Assembly (NCBI RefSeq): GCF_009914755.1
Contig: NC_060938.1
Strand: one strand, 5' to 3'
From: the human T2T-CHM13v2.0 reference genome, Homo sapiens
DNA: 64,000 nt
The notes below the pieces were generated by a model. That model was given only the letters and a program-made list of their open reading frames with translations, ran no database searches and was not told the DNA's origin. Numbering within the stretch: the stretch's first letter is position 1; each line of letters starts with the position of its first letter. Below, piece by piece: positions 14,201-28,867 of the stretch. Position numbers and translations under genes: made by a program.

Positions 14201-17200
14201 TAGAGGTTTACATCAGACCCCAGATTGACATTCAGTCCCCAGGTGGTCATGACACCTCAATTGGACACCAAGTCCTCAGGTTGATAACCAAGTCCCAGGT
14301 GGACACCACGTCAAAGATGAACACAAGACCTAAGGTTGTCATTCAAGCCCCAAATGGACACCAGGCCCTAGGTGAATAATATGACCCAGGGGATCATTAG
14401 GACCCAGCTGCATACCAGTCCCCAGGTTTACACGAGGCCCCAAGTAGGTTCCTAAGCTCTAGTTGAACATGAGGTCTCCAGTAGACACCCAGGACTAAGG
14501 TGGACATCAAGCATCAGATGGACGTCTGGCTGCGGATGAACATCAAGCCTCACATGGATACCTAGTCCGCAGGTAGGCATCAGGCCCCATTTTGACATCA
14601 GTTTCTGGGTGGATCCTTAAGCCCCAGGTGGATATCCAGTGTCCAGCTGGACATCAGCCCCTCGTGGACGCCCAGTCCCCAGGTGAATATCAGGTCTCAG
14701 GTGAACACAAGTCCTCAGGCAGACATCAGACACCAGGTGTACACTCAGACCCCAAGAGGACATCTGTCCCCAGGTTGACATCACTCTCAAGGTGTACATT
14801 AGGCCACAGATGTACACCCAGGTCCAAGGCAGACACGAGTCCCCAGTAAAACTCAAGGCCCCAGGAGGATACTCAAGCCCTAGGTGGATGCCCAGACCCC
14901 AGGTAATTACAAGGCCCCAGGTGGATACCAGATTCCAGATGAACATTAGGCCTCAAGTGGATACCTAGGCACCAGGTAGACACCAGGCCCCAGGTACATC
15001 CCCTGGTCTCAGGTGCACACTAGGTCCCCAGTGAACACTGGCTCCAGGTAAGCACCCAGTCCAAGGTAGACATCATGACCCAGGTGGTCATTAGGCCACA
15101 GCTGAACACCAATCTTGAGTGAACACCAGATCCCAGGTGGGTATCTAGTCCAGGTGGATATTAGGCCCCAAGTGGACACCCAGCCCCCAGGTGAACATCA
15201 AGCTTCAGGTGGACATCATGCCTCAGGTGAACTCCGGGTCCCAGCCCAGCTGAACATCAGGCTGCAGGTGGAGGCCTAGGTTCCAGGTGCACAACAGGTC
15301 ACAGTTGGACATTCAGCCCCAGGTGAACATCAGGCCATGGGTGGATAAACAGTCCACAGGTGGACATCAGGTCAAAGGTGAACATCAGTACTCAGGTGGA
15401 CATCAGGCTCCAGGTTGACATCAAGCCCAAGGTGGACACTGAACTAGAGGTTTACATCAGGCCCCAGGTTGACACCCAGGCTCAGGTGGACATTGGGCCC
15501 CAGGTGGATACCTAGGCCCCTAGTAAACCTCAGATTCTAGGTTGACATTCAGGCCCCCAGTAGTCATTTGGCCCCATGTGGACACTCAGGCGCCAGGTTC
15601 ACATGATGTCTTAACTGGACACCAAGGGGCCAGTTTGATACCCAAGTCCTGTGTGGGTGCCAGGTCCAAGGTTACACTCAAGCCCCAAGTGGACACCAGG
15701 CCCTAGGTGAATAATACAACCCAGGTGGTCATTAGGCCCCAGAATGACACCAGCCCCCAGGTTAACAGGAAGCCCCCAGTGGGTACCTAGGCCCCAGGTG
15801 GACATCAGGCCTAAAGTGGACACCCAGGATCAAGATGGACATCAGGACTCAGGTGGACATCTGGTGACAGGTGGACAACAAGCCTGGTGTGTACCTTGTC
15901 CCCGGGTGGTCATCAGGCCCCAGTTCAACACCAGTCCCTGGGTGGATTCCTGGGCTCCAGGTGGACATCCGGTCTTCAGCTGAACATCAGACCCCAGGTG
16001 AACACCAGGTTTTAGGTGGACATTAGGCCCCTGGTGGACATAAAGTACCAGTGGACATCCATGCTGCAGGTGGACACCCAGCGCCCAGATGGGCATCAGG
16101 CCCCATTTGGACATTGAGGCCCCAGGTGGATATCAGGCCTCAGGTGAACCCAAGGTCCAACATAGACATCAGGCCTTAGGTTGACACTCAAGCACCAGAT
16201 GGACTGCTGCACCTAAGCAGAAAATAGACCCCTATCTGGATATGTAAGATACAGGTATACAACAAGCCCCAGGCTGACATCCAGACCCCAGGTGGACACC
16301 ATACCCCAGCTGAACAGCAGGCAACAGTTTGGCACCAAGTACCTAAGTGAAACAAAGCCTTAGGTGATTACCAGGCCATAGGTAGTCATTAGTCTCCAGC
16401 TGGACAATAGTCCCTAGGTGGATACCTAGGCCCCAGGTGGACACTAGATCCCAAATTAACACAAAAAACAAGTAAAAAATCAAGCCCCCAGTGGACAACC
16501 AGGCCCTAGGTAAATACACAAATCTCAAGCTGACACCAGGCCCTATTTGGACACCCAAGCCCTAGGTGGACTTCAGGCCACAGGTGAACACTGAACTCTA
16601 GAAGGTCTTCAGGCCCTGTGTTGACTACCTGGCCCCAGGGGGACACCAGGCATAGATGAACTTCAGGCACCAGCTGTACATCAGGTTCCAGGCAAATGTC
16701 CCAGCCCCAGGTGGATATCAAACCTCAGATGAACACCAGGCCCCAGGTAGACATCAAAAACCAGGTGGACACTCAGGCCCCTACTGAATATCCATCCCCA
16801 GGTGGACATCCATCCCAAGGTGGACATGAGGCCACAGATGTACACTTAAGCCTAAGGCAGACCCCAGGCCCCAGGAAAACTCCAGGCTCCATTAGAGCAC
16901 TCAGACCTCAGGTGGATGCATTGGTCCTAGGTAAATACAAGGCCCCAGACAGACATCAGGCCCCAGTGAACACCGGAGCCCAGGTGTGTACCTAGTCCCC
17001 AGGTGTGCAACAAGCAGAAGGTTGACCCAGTCCCTAGCTGAACTCTGGGCCCCAGCTGAACATGATAACCCAGATGGTCACCCAGGCTCCGGGTGAACAC
17101 ACGGTCTTAGGTAGACATCAGGTCCCACATGAACACCCAAGCCCCAGGTAGATATCAGGCCTTAGGTGTACACCAGACCTCAGGTGGGCATCTGGCTCCA

Positions 17201-17335
17201 GATGGCCATAGATGGATAACTAAGCCTCTCCTGGATATCAGGCCCCAGGTAGACACCAGGCTCCAGGCGAACATCTAGCCCCAGGGGGACATCCAGCCCC
17301 CGGTGAACATCAGGGCTCACATGGATAAACAGTTT
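8250..17335. repeat. GC-rich diverged satellite, basic unit 18-19 bp (acctggggcctgatgtcc / acctggggcctgggtgtcc); HSAT4/HSAT5-like
   Basis: Continuous tandem units; orientation switches near 10770, 12790 and 13045. Family name tentative, from recall. Confidence 0.85.
13200..13571 (+). mobile_element. MST-family MaLR solo LTR inserted in the satellite
   Basis: TGATA...cacccaaatctcatgttgaattgtaatcccc...aaatggactaataCA; 5-bp TSD aggcc/agacc. Confidence 0.92.
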
Positions 17336-20300
17336 ACAGATGGGCACCTGCCACAGGTGCCTCACCTCTACTCCCTGAAACCTCACTTCCCCTCATGGGC
17401 CTTCTGTCCGACTTGGGGTACCCCTAGCCGCCCTAGGCACACACTGGACTCGAACCAGGGGCGCCAGCGTCCCTGGGGCTCAGCGCAAGTGTTCATGGGA
17501 ATACACTTTCGTCCGTGGGGGACCCAGTCCTCACTTCTCGGTGGCGCAGTTTTTTTTTCTCTGCCTCAGGTGCCTCACCTTCCCCTCATGGGCCTTCTGT
17601 CCACCTTGGGGTACCCCTAGCGGCCCGAGGCATACCCTGGGCTCGAACCAGGGATGCCAGGGTCCCCGGGGCGCAGCGCAAGGGCTGATGGGGAGACACT
17701 TTCTTCCGTGGGGGACCCAGGCCCCGTTTCTCTGAGGCGCGTTTTTTTTTTTTTCTGCCCCAGGTGCCTCACCTTCACTTCATGGGCCTTCTGCCCGCTT
17801 TGGGGTACCCCTAGCGGCTCCAGGCACAAGCTGGGCTCGAATAAGGGTCGCCAGGGTCCCCGGGGCCCAGCGCAAGCGTTGATGGGACGACACTTTCACC
17901 CATGGGGGACCCAGGCCCTGCTTCTCCGCAGCGCGTTTTTTTTTTTTTATTTGCCCCAGGTGACTCACCTTCCCCTCATGGGCCTTCTGTCTGCTTTGGG
18001 TTACCCCTAGCAGGCCAGAGGCACACCCTGGATTCCAGCCAGGGATGCCAGGGTCCCCGGGGCCCAGTGCAGGGGCTGATGAGAAGGCACTTTCGTCCGT
18101 GGGGTACCCAGGCCCTGCTTCTCTGTGGCGCGGTTTTATTTTTTTCTTTTCTGCCTCAGGTGCCTTACCTCTCCTCCCTCAAACCTCACCTTCCCCTCAT
18201 AGGCTTTCTGCCCGCCATGGGGTACCCCAAGAGGCCCGAAGCGCACCCTTGTCTTGAACCAGGGATGCCAGGGTCCCCTGGGCCCAGCTCAGGGGCTGAA
18301 GGGAAGACACTTTCATCCGTGGGGGAACCAGGCCCCGCTTCTCTGCGGCACAGTTTTTTTTTTTTTTTCTGCCTCAGGTGCCTCACCTTTCCCTCATGGG
18401 CCTTCTGCCCGCTTTTGGGTACCCCTAGCGAGCCCGAGGCGCACCCTGGGCTCGAACGAGGGTCGCCAGGGTCGACGGAGCCCAGCGCAGGGGCTGATGG
18501 GAAGACACTTTCATCCGTAGGGGACGCAGGCCCCGCTACTCCGTGGTTCGTTTTTTTTTTTTTCCTCTGCCCCAGGTGCCTCACCTTTCCTCCCTCAAAC
18601 CTCACCTTCCACTCCTGGGCTTTCTGCCTGCGTTGGAGTACCCCTAGCGACCCGAGCGCACCCTGGGCTCGAACCAGGGATGCCAGGGTCCCTGGGGCCC
18701 AGTGCAGGGGCTGATGGGAACACACTTTCGTCCGTGGGGGACCCAGGGCCCGCTTCTCGGCGGCGCGGTTTTTTTTCTCTGCCCCAGGTGCCTCACCTTC
18801 CCCTCAGGGGCCTTCTGCCTACGTTGGGATACCCTAGCAGTCCCGAGGTGCACCCTGGGTTCAAACCAGGGACGCCAGTGTCCCCAGGGCCCAGCGCAGG
18901 GGCTCATCGGAAGGCACTTTCTTCCGTGGGGTACCCGGGCCCCGCTTCTAGGCGGAGCGGTTTTTAATTTTTTTCTGTGCTCCTGGTGTCTCACCTTCCC
19001 CTCATGGGCCTTCTGCCCGACTTGGGGTACCCCTAGCAGGCCGAGGCGCACCCTGGGCTCTAACCAGGGATGCCAGGGTCCACAGGCCCAGCTCAGGGGC
19101 TTATGGGAAGACACTTTCGTCTGTGGGGGACCCAAGCTCTGCTCCTCTGCAGGGTTTTTTTTTTCTCTTCCCCAGGTGCCTCACCTTCCCTTCATGGGCT
19201 TTCTGCCTGCCTTTGGGTACCCCTAGCGGGCCCGAGGCTCACCCTGGTTTGGAGCCAGGGATGCTAGTGTCCCCGGGGCCCAGCGCAGCGCTGATGGGAA
19301 GGGACTTTTGTCCGTGGGGAACCCAGGGCCCACTTCTCCGAGGTGAGCTTTTTTTTTTTTTCTGCCGCAGGTGCCTCACCTCTCCTCCCTCAAACCTCAC
19401 CTTCCCCTCATGAGCCCTCTGCCCGCCTAGAGGTACCGCTAGCGGCCCGAGGCACACCCTGTGGCTGAACCAGGGACTCCAGGATCCCTGCGGCCCAGCA
19501 CAGGCGCTGATGGGAAGACACTTTCGTTCGTGGAGGACCCAGGCCCCGTTTCTCAGTGGCGTGGTTTTTTTTTCTCTGCCCGGGTGCCTCACCTTCCTCT
19601 AATGGGCCTTTTGCCCGCTTTGGGGTACCCCTAGCGGGCCCTATTCGCACCCTGCGCTCGAACCAGGGTCGCAGTGTCCAAGAGGTCCAGCGCAAGGCCT
19701 GATGGGAAGGCACTTTCGTCAGTGGGGGACCCAGGCCCCGCTTCACTGCGGCGCGTTTTTTTTTTCTGCCACAGGTACCTCACCTTCCCCTCATGGGCTT
19801 TCTGTCCGCCTTGGGGTACCCCCAGCGGCCTGAGGCGCACCCTGGGCTCAAACCAGGGATGCCAGGGTCCCTGGGGCCCAGCACAGGGTCTGATGGGAAG
19901 GCACTTTCTGTCATGGGGAACCCAGGCCTCCCTTCTCCGTGGCGAGGTTTTTTTTTTTTTTTTCTCTGCTCCAGGTGCCTCACCTTCCCTTCATGGGCTT
20001 CTGCCCACTTTGGGGTACTGCTAGCGGCCTGAGGCGCACACTGCGTTCGAACCAGGGTCACCAGGGTCCACGGGGCCAAGCGCAGGGGCTAATGGTAAGG
20101 CACTTTTGTCTGTGGGGGACCCAGGACCCCCTTCTCCGTGGCGCGTTTTTTTTTTTTCTCCCACAGGTGCCTCACTTCTCCTCCCTCAAACCTCACCTTC
20201 GCCTCATGGGCCTTCTGCCTGCCTTGGGATACCCCTAGCAGCCCGAGGCGAACCCTGGGGTCGAACCAGGGACGCCAGGTTCCCTGGGGCCCAGTGCAAG

Positions 20301-22395
20301 GGCTGATGGGAAGATACTTTCTTTCGTGGGGGCCCAGGCACCGCTTCTCCACGGCGCATATTTTTTTTCTTTCGGCTGCCCCAGGTACCTCACCTTCCCC
20401 TCATGGGCCATCTGCCTGCTTTGGGGTACTCCTAGTGGAGTGAGGCGCACCCTGGGCTCGAACCAGAGTCATCAGGTTCCCTGACGCCCAGCGCAAGGGC
20501 TGATGGGAAGACACTTTCGTCTGTGGCGGACCCAGGCCCCGCTTCTCAGCGGCGCGGTTTTTTTTTTTCTTGCCACAGGTGTCTCACCTCTCCTCCCTCA
20601 AACCTCAACCTCCCCTCATGGGCTTTCTACCTGCCTTGGGGTACCCCTAGCGGCCCAAGGCGCACCCTGGGTTTGAGCCAAGGTCACCAGGGTCCACGGG
20701 GCTCAGCACAGGGCCTGATGGGAAGGCACTTTCGTCTGTGGGGGACCCATGCCCTGCTTCTCCGTGGCGCGGTTTTTTTTTTCCTTCCTGCCACAGGTGC
20801 CTCACCTCTCCTCCCTCAAACCTCACCTTCCCCTCATGGGCCTTCTGTCTGCATTGGGGTACACCTAGCAGCCCGAGGTGCACTGTGGACTCCAGGGTCC
20901 CTGGGGCCCAGCGCAAGGGCTGATGGGAAGACACTTTCGTCCGTGGGGGGGACCCAGTCCCCGCTTCTCCGCGGCGAGGTTTTTTTTTTTTCTCTGCCCC
21001 AGGTGCCTCACCTTCCCCTCATGTGCCTTCTACACGCTTTGGGGTACCCCTAGCGGCCCAAGGCGCACCCTGGGCTCGAACAATGGAAGCCAGGTTCCAC
21101 GGGGCCAAGCGCAGTGGCTGATGGGAAGACACGTTCTTCCTCGGGGACCCAGGCTCTGCTTCTCTGCGGCGTTTTTTTTTTTCTTTTCCCCAGTTACCTC
21201 ACTTTCCCGTCATGGGCTTTCTGCCCGCCTTGAGGTACCCCTAGCGGGCCCAAGGCGCACCCTGGTTTCGAGTCAGAGACGCTAGGGTCTCTGGGGCCCA
21301 GTGCAGGGCTGATGGGTAGGGACGTTCGTCCGTGGGGGACCCAGGCCCCACTTCTGGGCGGCGCAGTTTTTTATTTTTTTCTCTGCCCTAGGTGTCTCAC
21401 CTTTCCCTCATGGGCCTTCTGTCTTGGGGTACCCATAGCAGGCCGAGGTGCACGCTGGGCTCCAGCCAGGGATACCAGGGTCCCCAGGGCGCAGTGCAAA
21501 CGCTGATGGGAAGACAGCTTCTTCTGTGGGGGACCCAGGCCCCGCTTATCCGCGGCGCGGTTGTTTTTTTTTTTCTCTGCCCCACTTGCATCACCTTCCC
21601 CTCATGGGCCTTCTGCCCGCTTTTGGGTACACCTAGCGGCCTGAAGCACACCCTGGTCTCGAACCAGGTACGCCAGGGTCCCCTGGGCCCAGCGCAAGGG
21701 CTGATGGGAAGACACTTTCGTCCGTTGGGGACCCAGGCTCCGCTTCTCCGTGGTGCAGTTTTTTTTTTTTTCCTGCCACAGGTGCCTCACCTCTCCTTCC
21801 TCAAACCTCAACTGCCCCTCAGGGATTTCTGCCCACCTTGGGGTACCCCTAGCAGGCCCGAGGCGCACCCGGGGCTCGAACAGGGTCTCCAGCGTCCACA
21901 GGGCCCAGCGCAGGGACTGATGGGAAGGCATTTTCATCCGTGGGGGACCCAGGCCCAGCTTCTCCTAGGCGCGGCTTGTTTTTTTTTTTTTTTTTTTTTT
22001 TTCTGCCACAGGTTCCTCACCTCTCCTCCCTCAAACGTCAACTTCCCATCATGGGCTTTCTGCCCGACTTGGGGTACCCCTAGCATCCCAAGGCGCTCCC
22101 TGGACTCGAACCATGGATGCCAGGATTGCCGGGGCCCAGCACAGGGGCTGATGGGAAGGTACCTTCATCCGTGGGTACCCAGGCCCCGCTTCTCAAAGCT
22201 GCGGTTTTTTTTCTCCACCCCAGGTGCCTCACCTTCCCCTCATTGGCCTTCTGCCTGCTTTGGGGTAACACGAGCGGGCCCAAGGCGCTCCCGGGTCTCG
22301 AACCAGGGTCGCCAGGTTCTCGAGGCTAGCGCAGGAGCTGATGGGAAGGCACTTTCATCAGTGGGGACCCAGGCCCGGCTTCTCAGAGGCGCTGA

Positions 22396-22426
<31 letters not shown>

Positions 22427-23942
22427 CTGCCACAGGTGACTCACCTCTCCTCCCTCAAATTTCACCTTCCCTTCATGGGCTTTCTGGCTTCCTTAGGGTA
22501 CCCTAGCGTGCCGGAGTCTCTTCTGGTCCTTGAACTAGGGTCGCCAGGGTCCAGGAGGCCCAGCGCAGGGGCTGATGAGAAGGCACTTTCGTCTGTGGGA
22601 GACCCAGGCCCCGCTTCTCCTCGGCACGTTTTTATTTTTCTGCCGCAGGTGCGTCACCTCTCCTCCCTCAAACCTCACCTTCCCCTCATGGGCCTTCTGC
22701 CTGCTTTGGGGTACACCTAGCGGGCCCGAGGTGCACCCAGGCCTAGAACCAGGGTCGCCTGGGTCCACGGAGCCCAGCGCAGGGACTGATGGGAAGGCAC
22801 TTTTTTCCATGGGAGACCCAGGCCCCGCTTCTCCGTGGCGTGGTTTCTTTTTCTTTTCTGCCACTAGTGCCTCACCTCTCCTCCCTCACAGCTCACCTTC
22901 CTCTCATGGGCTTTCCACCGCGTTGGGGTACCCCTAGTGGCCCAAGGCTCTCCCTGAGCTCAAACCAGGGACCCCAGGTTCCCCGGTGCCCAGCACAGGG
23001 GCTGATGGGAAGGCACTTTCATCCGTGGGGGACCCAGGCCCCACCTCTCCACGGCACGGGTTTTTTCTTTCTTTTTCTGTGACAGGTGCCTCACCTCTCC
23101 TCCCTCAAAACTCACCTTCCCCTCATGGGCTTTGTGCGCCCAAAGCCCCCCTTGGGGTGCACTTAGCGGCTGAGGCACACCCTGAGCTCGAACCAGGGAC
23201 ACCAGGGTCCCCGGTCCCAGTGCAGGGACTGATGGGAAGACACTTTCGTTCGTGGGGCACCCAGGCCGTGCTTCTCTGCGGCGAAGTTTTTTTTTTTTTT
23301 CTCTGCCCCAGGTGCCTCACCATCCCCTTAGGGGCTTTCTGCCCACCTTGCGGTACCCCTACTGGCCCGAGGTGTACCTGGGGTCAAACCAGGGATGCCA
23401 GTGTCCCCAGGGCCCAGCGAAGGGGCTGATGGGATGGCACTTTCATCCGTGGGGGACCCAGGCACTGCTTCTTGGTAGCGCTTTTTTTTTCTCTGCCTCA
23501 GGTGCCTCACCTTCCCCTCATGGACCTTTTGTTCGCTTTGTGGTACCCCAAGCGGTCCTGAGGCGCACCCTGGGCTCGAACCAGGGTCGCCAGGGTCCAC
23601 CAGGCCCAGCATAGGGCCTGATGGGAAGGCACTTTCATCCGTGGTGGACCCAGGCCCCACTTCTCTGAGGCGCGGTCCTCTTTTTTTTTTTTTCTGCCCC
23701 TGGTGCCTCACCTCTCCTCCCACAAACTTCAACTTCCACTCATAGGGCTTCTGTCCGAGTTGGGGTACCCCTAGTCTCCCGAGGCGCACCCTGGGCGCGA
23801 ACCACGGATGCCAGGGTCCCTGGGGCCCAGCGCAAGGGCTGATGGGAAAAAACTTTCGTCTGTGGATGACCCAGACACCGCTTCGTGGCGCATTTTTTTT
23901 TTCTTTACCCCAGGTGTCTCACCTTCCCCTCATGGACCTTCT
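17336..23942. repeat. Gamma-satellite-type array (GSATII-like), ~32 monomers of ~190-230 bp
   Basis: Repeating ctgccccaggtgcctcaccttcccctcatgggcc...ggggtacccctagc...ctgatgggaagacactttcgtccgtggggg...poly-T; 32 'ctgatggga'-like landmarks counted; optional 20-bp insert ctcacctctcctccctcaaa. Confidence 0.85.
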
Positions 23943-23944
23943 GA

Positions 23945-24655
23945 CTTTCTGCACCTGCTCCGGCGCTGTGGGCCTCCCTGCGCCTGCGCCGGCGCTGTGC
24001 ACCTTTGTGAGGGCGGAGCTGCGTTCTTCCCAGCACCGACACGGAGAGCATCGCCAGGGCGGAGCTGAGTTCTCCTCTGCACACACTTCGGAGATACAGC
24101 AAAGGCGGAGCAGTGTTCTCCTCAACACAGACCTGGGCAGGCCGGGGTCTCCGTGAGGGCGGAGCTGCGTTCTGCTCAGCACAGACCCGGGGGACACCGC
24201 GAAGGCAGAGTAGCGTTCTCCTCAGCACAGACCTTGGGGGCACTGCCTCGCTTTGGGACAACTCGGGGCCGCATAGACGGTGAATAAAATCCTTCCTGTT
24301 TGCAGCCCTGAGTAATCAGGGTCAGCGACCAGTAAGAAGGGTTCAGTGTGGAAAACGGGAAACCAAAAGCCCCTCTGAATCCTGCCCACCGAGGTTCTCC
24401 CCAGCCAAGGCGAGGCGCTGCAGTGCGAGATCCACACCACAGCCTCAGAAGACAAATGCAGCATTCCTAATGCAGACATGACACCCAAAATATGACACCC
24501 CCATTGCTCATGTAACAAGCACCTGTAATGCTAATGCACTGCCTCAATACAAAAATATTAATATAAGATTCGCAATCCCCTTGCTGCCATGCAGTCCTAA
24601 GACAGAGATCATAATAATCAACATTGACATAGTCAATACAAACGTAGTAACGAAC
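23945..24655 (+). repeat. TAR1 telomere-associated repeat (TERRA-promoter-type 29/37-bp CpG-rich units)
   Basis: ctgcgcctgcgccggcgctgtg unit, repeated gagggcggagctgcgttctcctcagcacagac units, then the TAR1 body (gaataaaatccttcc...agcattcctaatgc...) running into TTAGGG repeats. Confidence 0.9.
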
Positions 24656-24964
24656 CTAGGGTTAAGGTTGGTGTTAGGGTTAGGGGTTAGGGATTAAGTT
24701 TAGGGTTAGGGGTTGGAGATAGGTGTTGGGGTCAGAGTTAGGAGTTAAGAGTCAACGTTTAGAGTTAGGGGTTAAGAGAGGTTAGGGGTTAGGGATAAGG
24801 GGTTAGGGTTGGATTAGTGTGAGGGTGAGGGTTGTGGTTAGGGGTTAGGCTTAGGGTTTACAGTTAAGGGTTAAGGGTTAGGGTTAGGGGTTAGGGTTAG
24901 GGTCAGGGGTTAGGGGTCAGGGGTTCGGGGTCAGGGTCACAGGTCAGGGTCAGGATCAGGGGTC
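24656..24964 (+). repeat. Degenerate interstitial telomeric repeat (TTAGGG/TTAGGGG/TCAGGG)n
   Basis: Directly visible, e.g. ttagggttaggggttagggttagggtcagggg. Confidence 0.95.
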
Positions 24965-27511
<2,547 letters not shown>

Positions 27512-27779
27512 ATTCTGTGAGGAACAACCAAATTGTTTTCTGCAGCAAGGACATCATTTTCTATTCCTAGCAGCCAGTTCATGAGGGCTCCAACTTCTCC
27601 AACTCCTTAGCAACATTTATTTTCTGTCATTGTTATGAAAGCCTTACTTGTGGGTGCAGAGTGGCATGAATGAAGTCAATTAACATGTTTATTACCTCAC
27701 AGAATAGTTACGTTTTTGTGTGCATGTGTGGGATAAGAAAACTTAACTCTATCCCCTGTGACTGAATATTGGCCATTCC

Positions 27780-28860
27780 AGCTGCTCCAGGCTCCAGCAG
27801 AGGAAGACCGGGGTAGGTGGCTCCACCAGGCTGACCCTCAGGTCTGGCGCTCACGCATTCCAGAGGCCAACCAGACCATGCTCTGCCGCCTGGGCGCCCA
27901 AGCTGCAGTTGCTCTCTGTGTGCAGGCAGCAGCTGCCTGGCAACCCCCGAGCCCGCTCGCACTCCCACCATCGCAGAACCAGGGCCAGGTGTCCCAGTGG
28001 CTGCGGCCAAGCCAGGCATTCTGCCGTGCGGCAGCAGCTGCACAGGAGCGAGAACTGAGAACCACCGCTCAACCCCACATGGGGTGACTGCCGAGTGCCC
28101 ATACAAACGGCTCTGATCTCCCTCAGGTGGAGGAGTGGGCGGGAGGCACGGCCTGGGGGGCCCTCAGCCTGGGCGCGCTGGTGATCCCAAGGCCAACCAG
28201 GCCACACACCTCCAGCTCGCCTGGGCACCCGAGCTGCAGCCGCCTTCTGCGTGCAGGCAGCAGCCTCCAGGCAACTCCCGAGCCCGCCCGCACTCCCCAC
28301 ATCTCGGAAGCAGGGCCAAATGTCCCTGTGGCTGTGGCCAAGCCAGGCGGTCTGTCCTGCAGCAGCTGCACAGGGGCGGGAACCGGCCCTCAGCCCCATC
28401 CCCGGTGGCTGCAGAGGGTCCCTGGATAGAGATCTGGAGCTATGGCAGAGGAGGAGACGGGTGGGGGCAGGGTCTGGCGGGCTCTCAGGCCAGGGGTACC
28501 CGCGATCCAGAGGCCGCCCAGGGCATGCTCCACCAACTGGGTGCCCAGCTACATGCGCCGGGCAACTCCCAAGCTGGCTGGCACACCCAGCCTCGCAGAA
28601 CCGGGGCTAGATGTCGCCGTGGCTGTGACCAAGCCAGGCGGTCTGCCCGGGGGCGGCTGCACCGGGGCAGGAACCGACCCTCAGCCCCATCCCCGGTGGC
28701 TGCAGACGGCCCCTGGGGCGGCCCCGATCTCTCTTCGGAGGAGAAGAGGGGCGGGAGTCACAGCCAGGCGGGCCCTCAGGCGGGAAGGGAAGCTCGCCTG
28801 CGATTCCGGGACGTCCCGCGCCAGCCCAGGAGAACCCGCAAGCCAGCGGCGCCTGTTTCT
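27780..28860. repeat. CpG/GC-rich block of three diverged ~290-330-bp tandem units (CpG-island-like)
   Basis: Anchor ggctgYgRccaagccaggc at 27999, 28330 and 28621; shared ccctcagccccatccccggtggctgcaga in units 2 and 3. Confidence 0.8.
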
Positions 28861-28867
28861 CTGTGTG

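Noticed and set aside
8396-17000. Many 60-130-aa ORFs with QVDIRP/VHLGP repeats
   Set aside because: By-products of the 18-bp satellite period
17600-17680. tRNA gene within gamma monomers
   Set aside because: Only a T-arm-like hairpin; no cloverleaf or properly spaced A-box
21392-22720. 442-aa ORF and other long ORFs in the gamma satellite
   Set aside because: Translations of GC-rich tandem monomers (repeating WAFC..WGTPS, poly-F); no exon structure or domain
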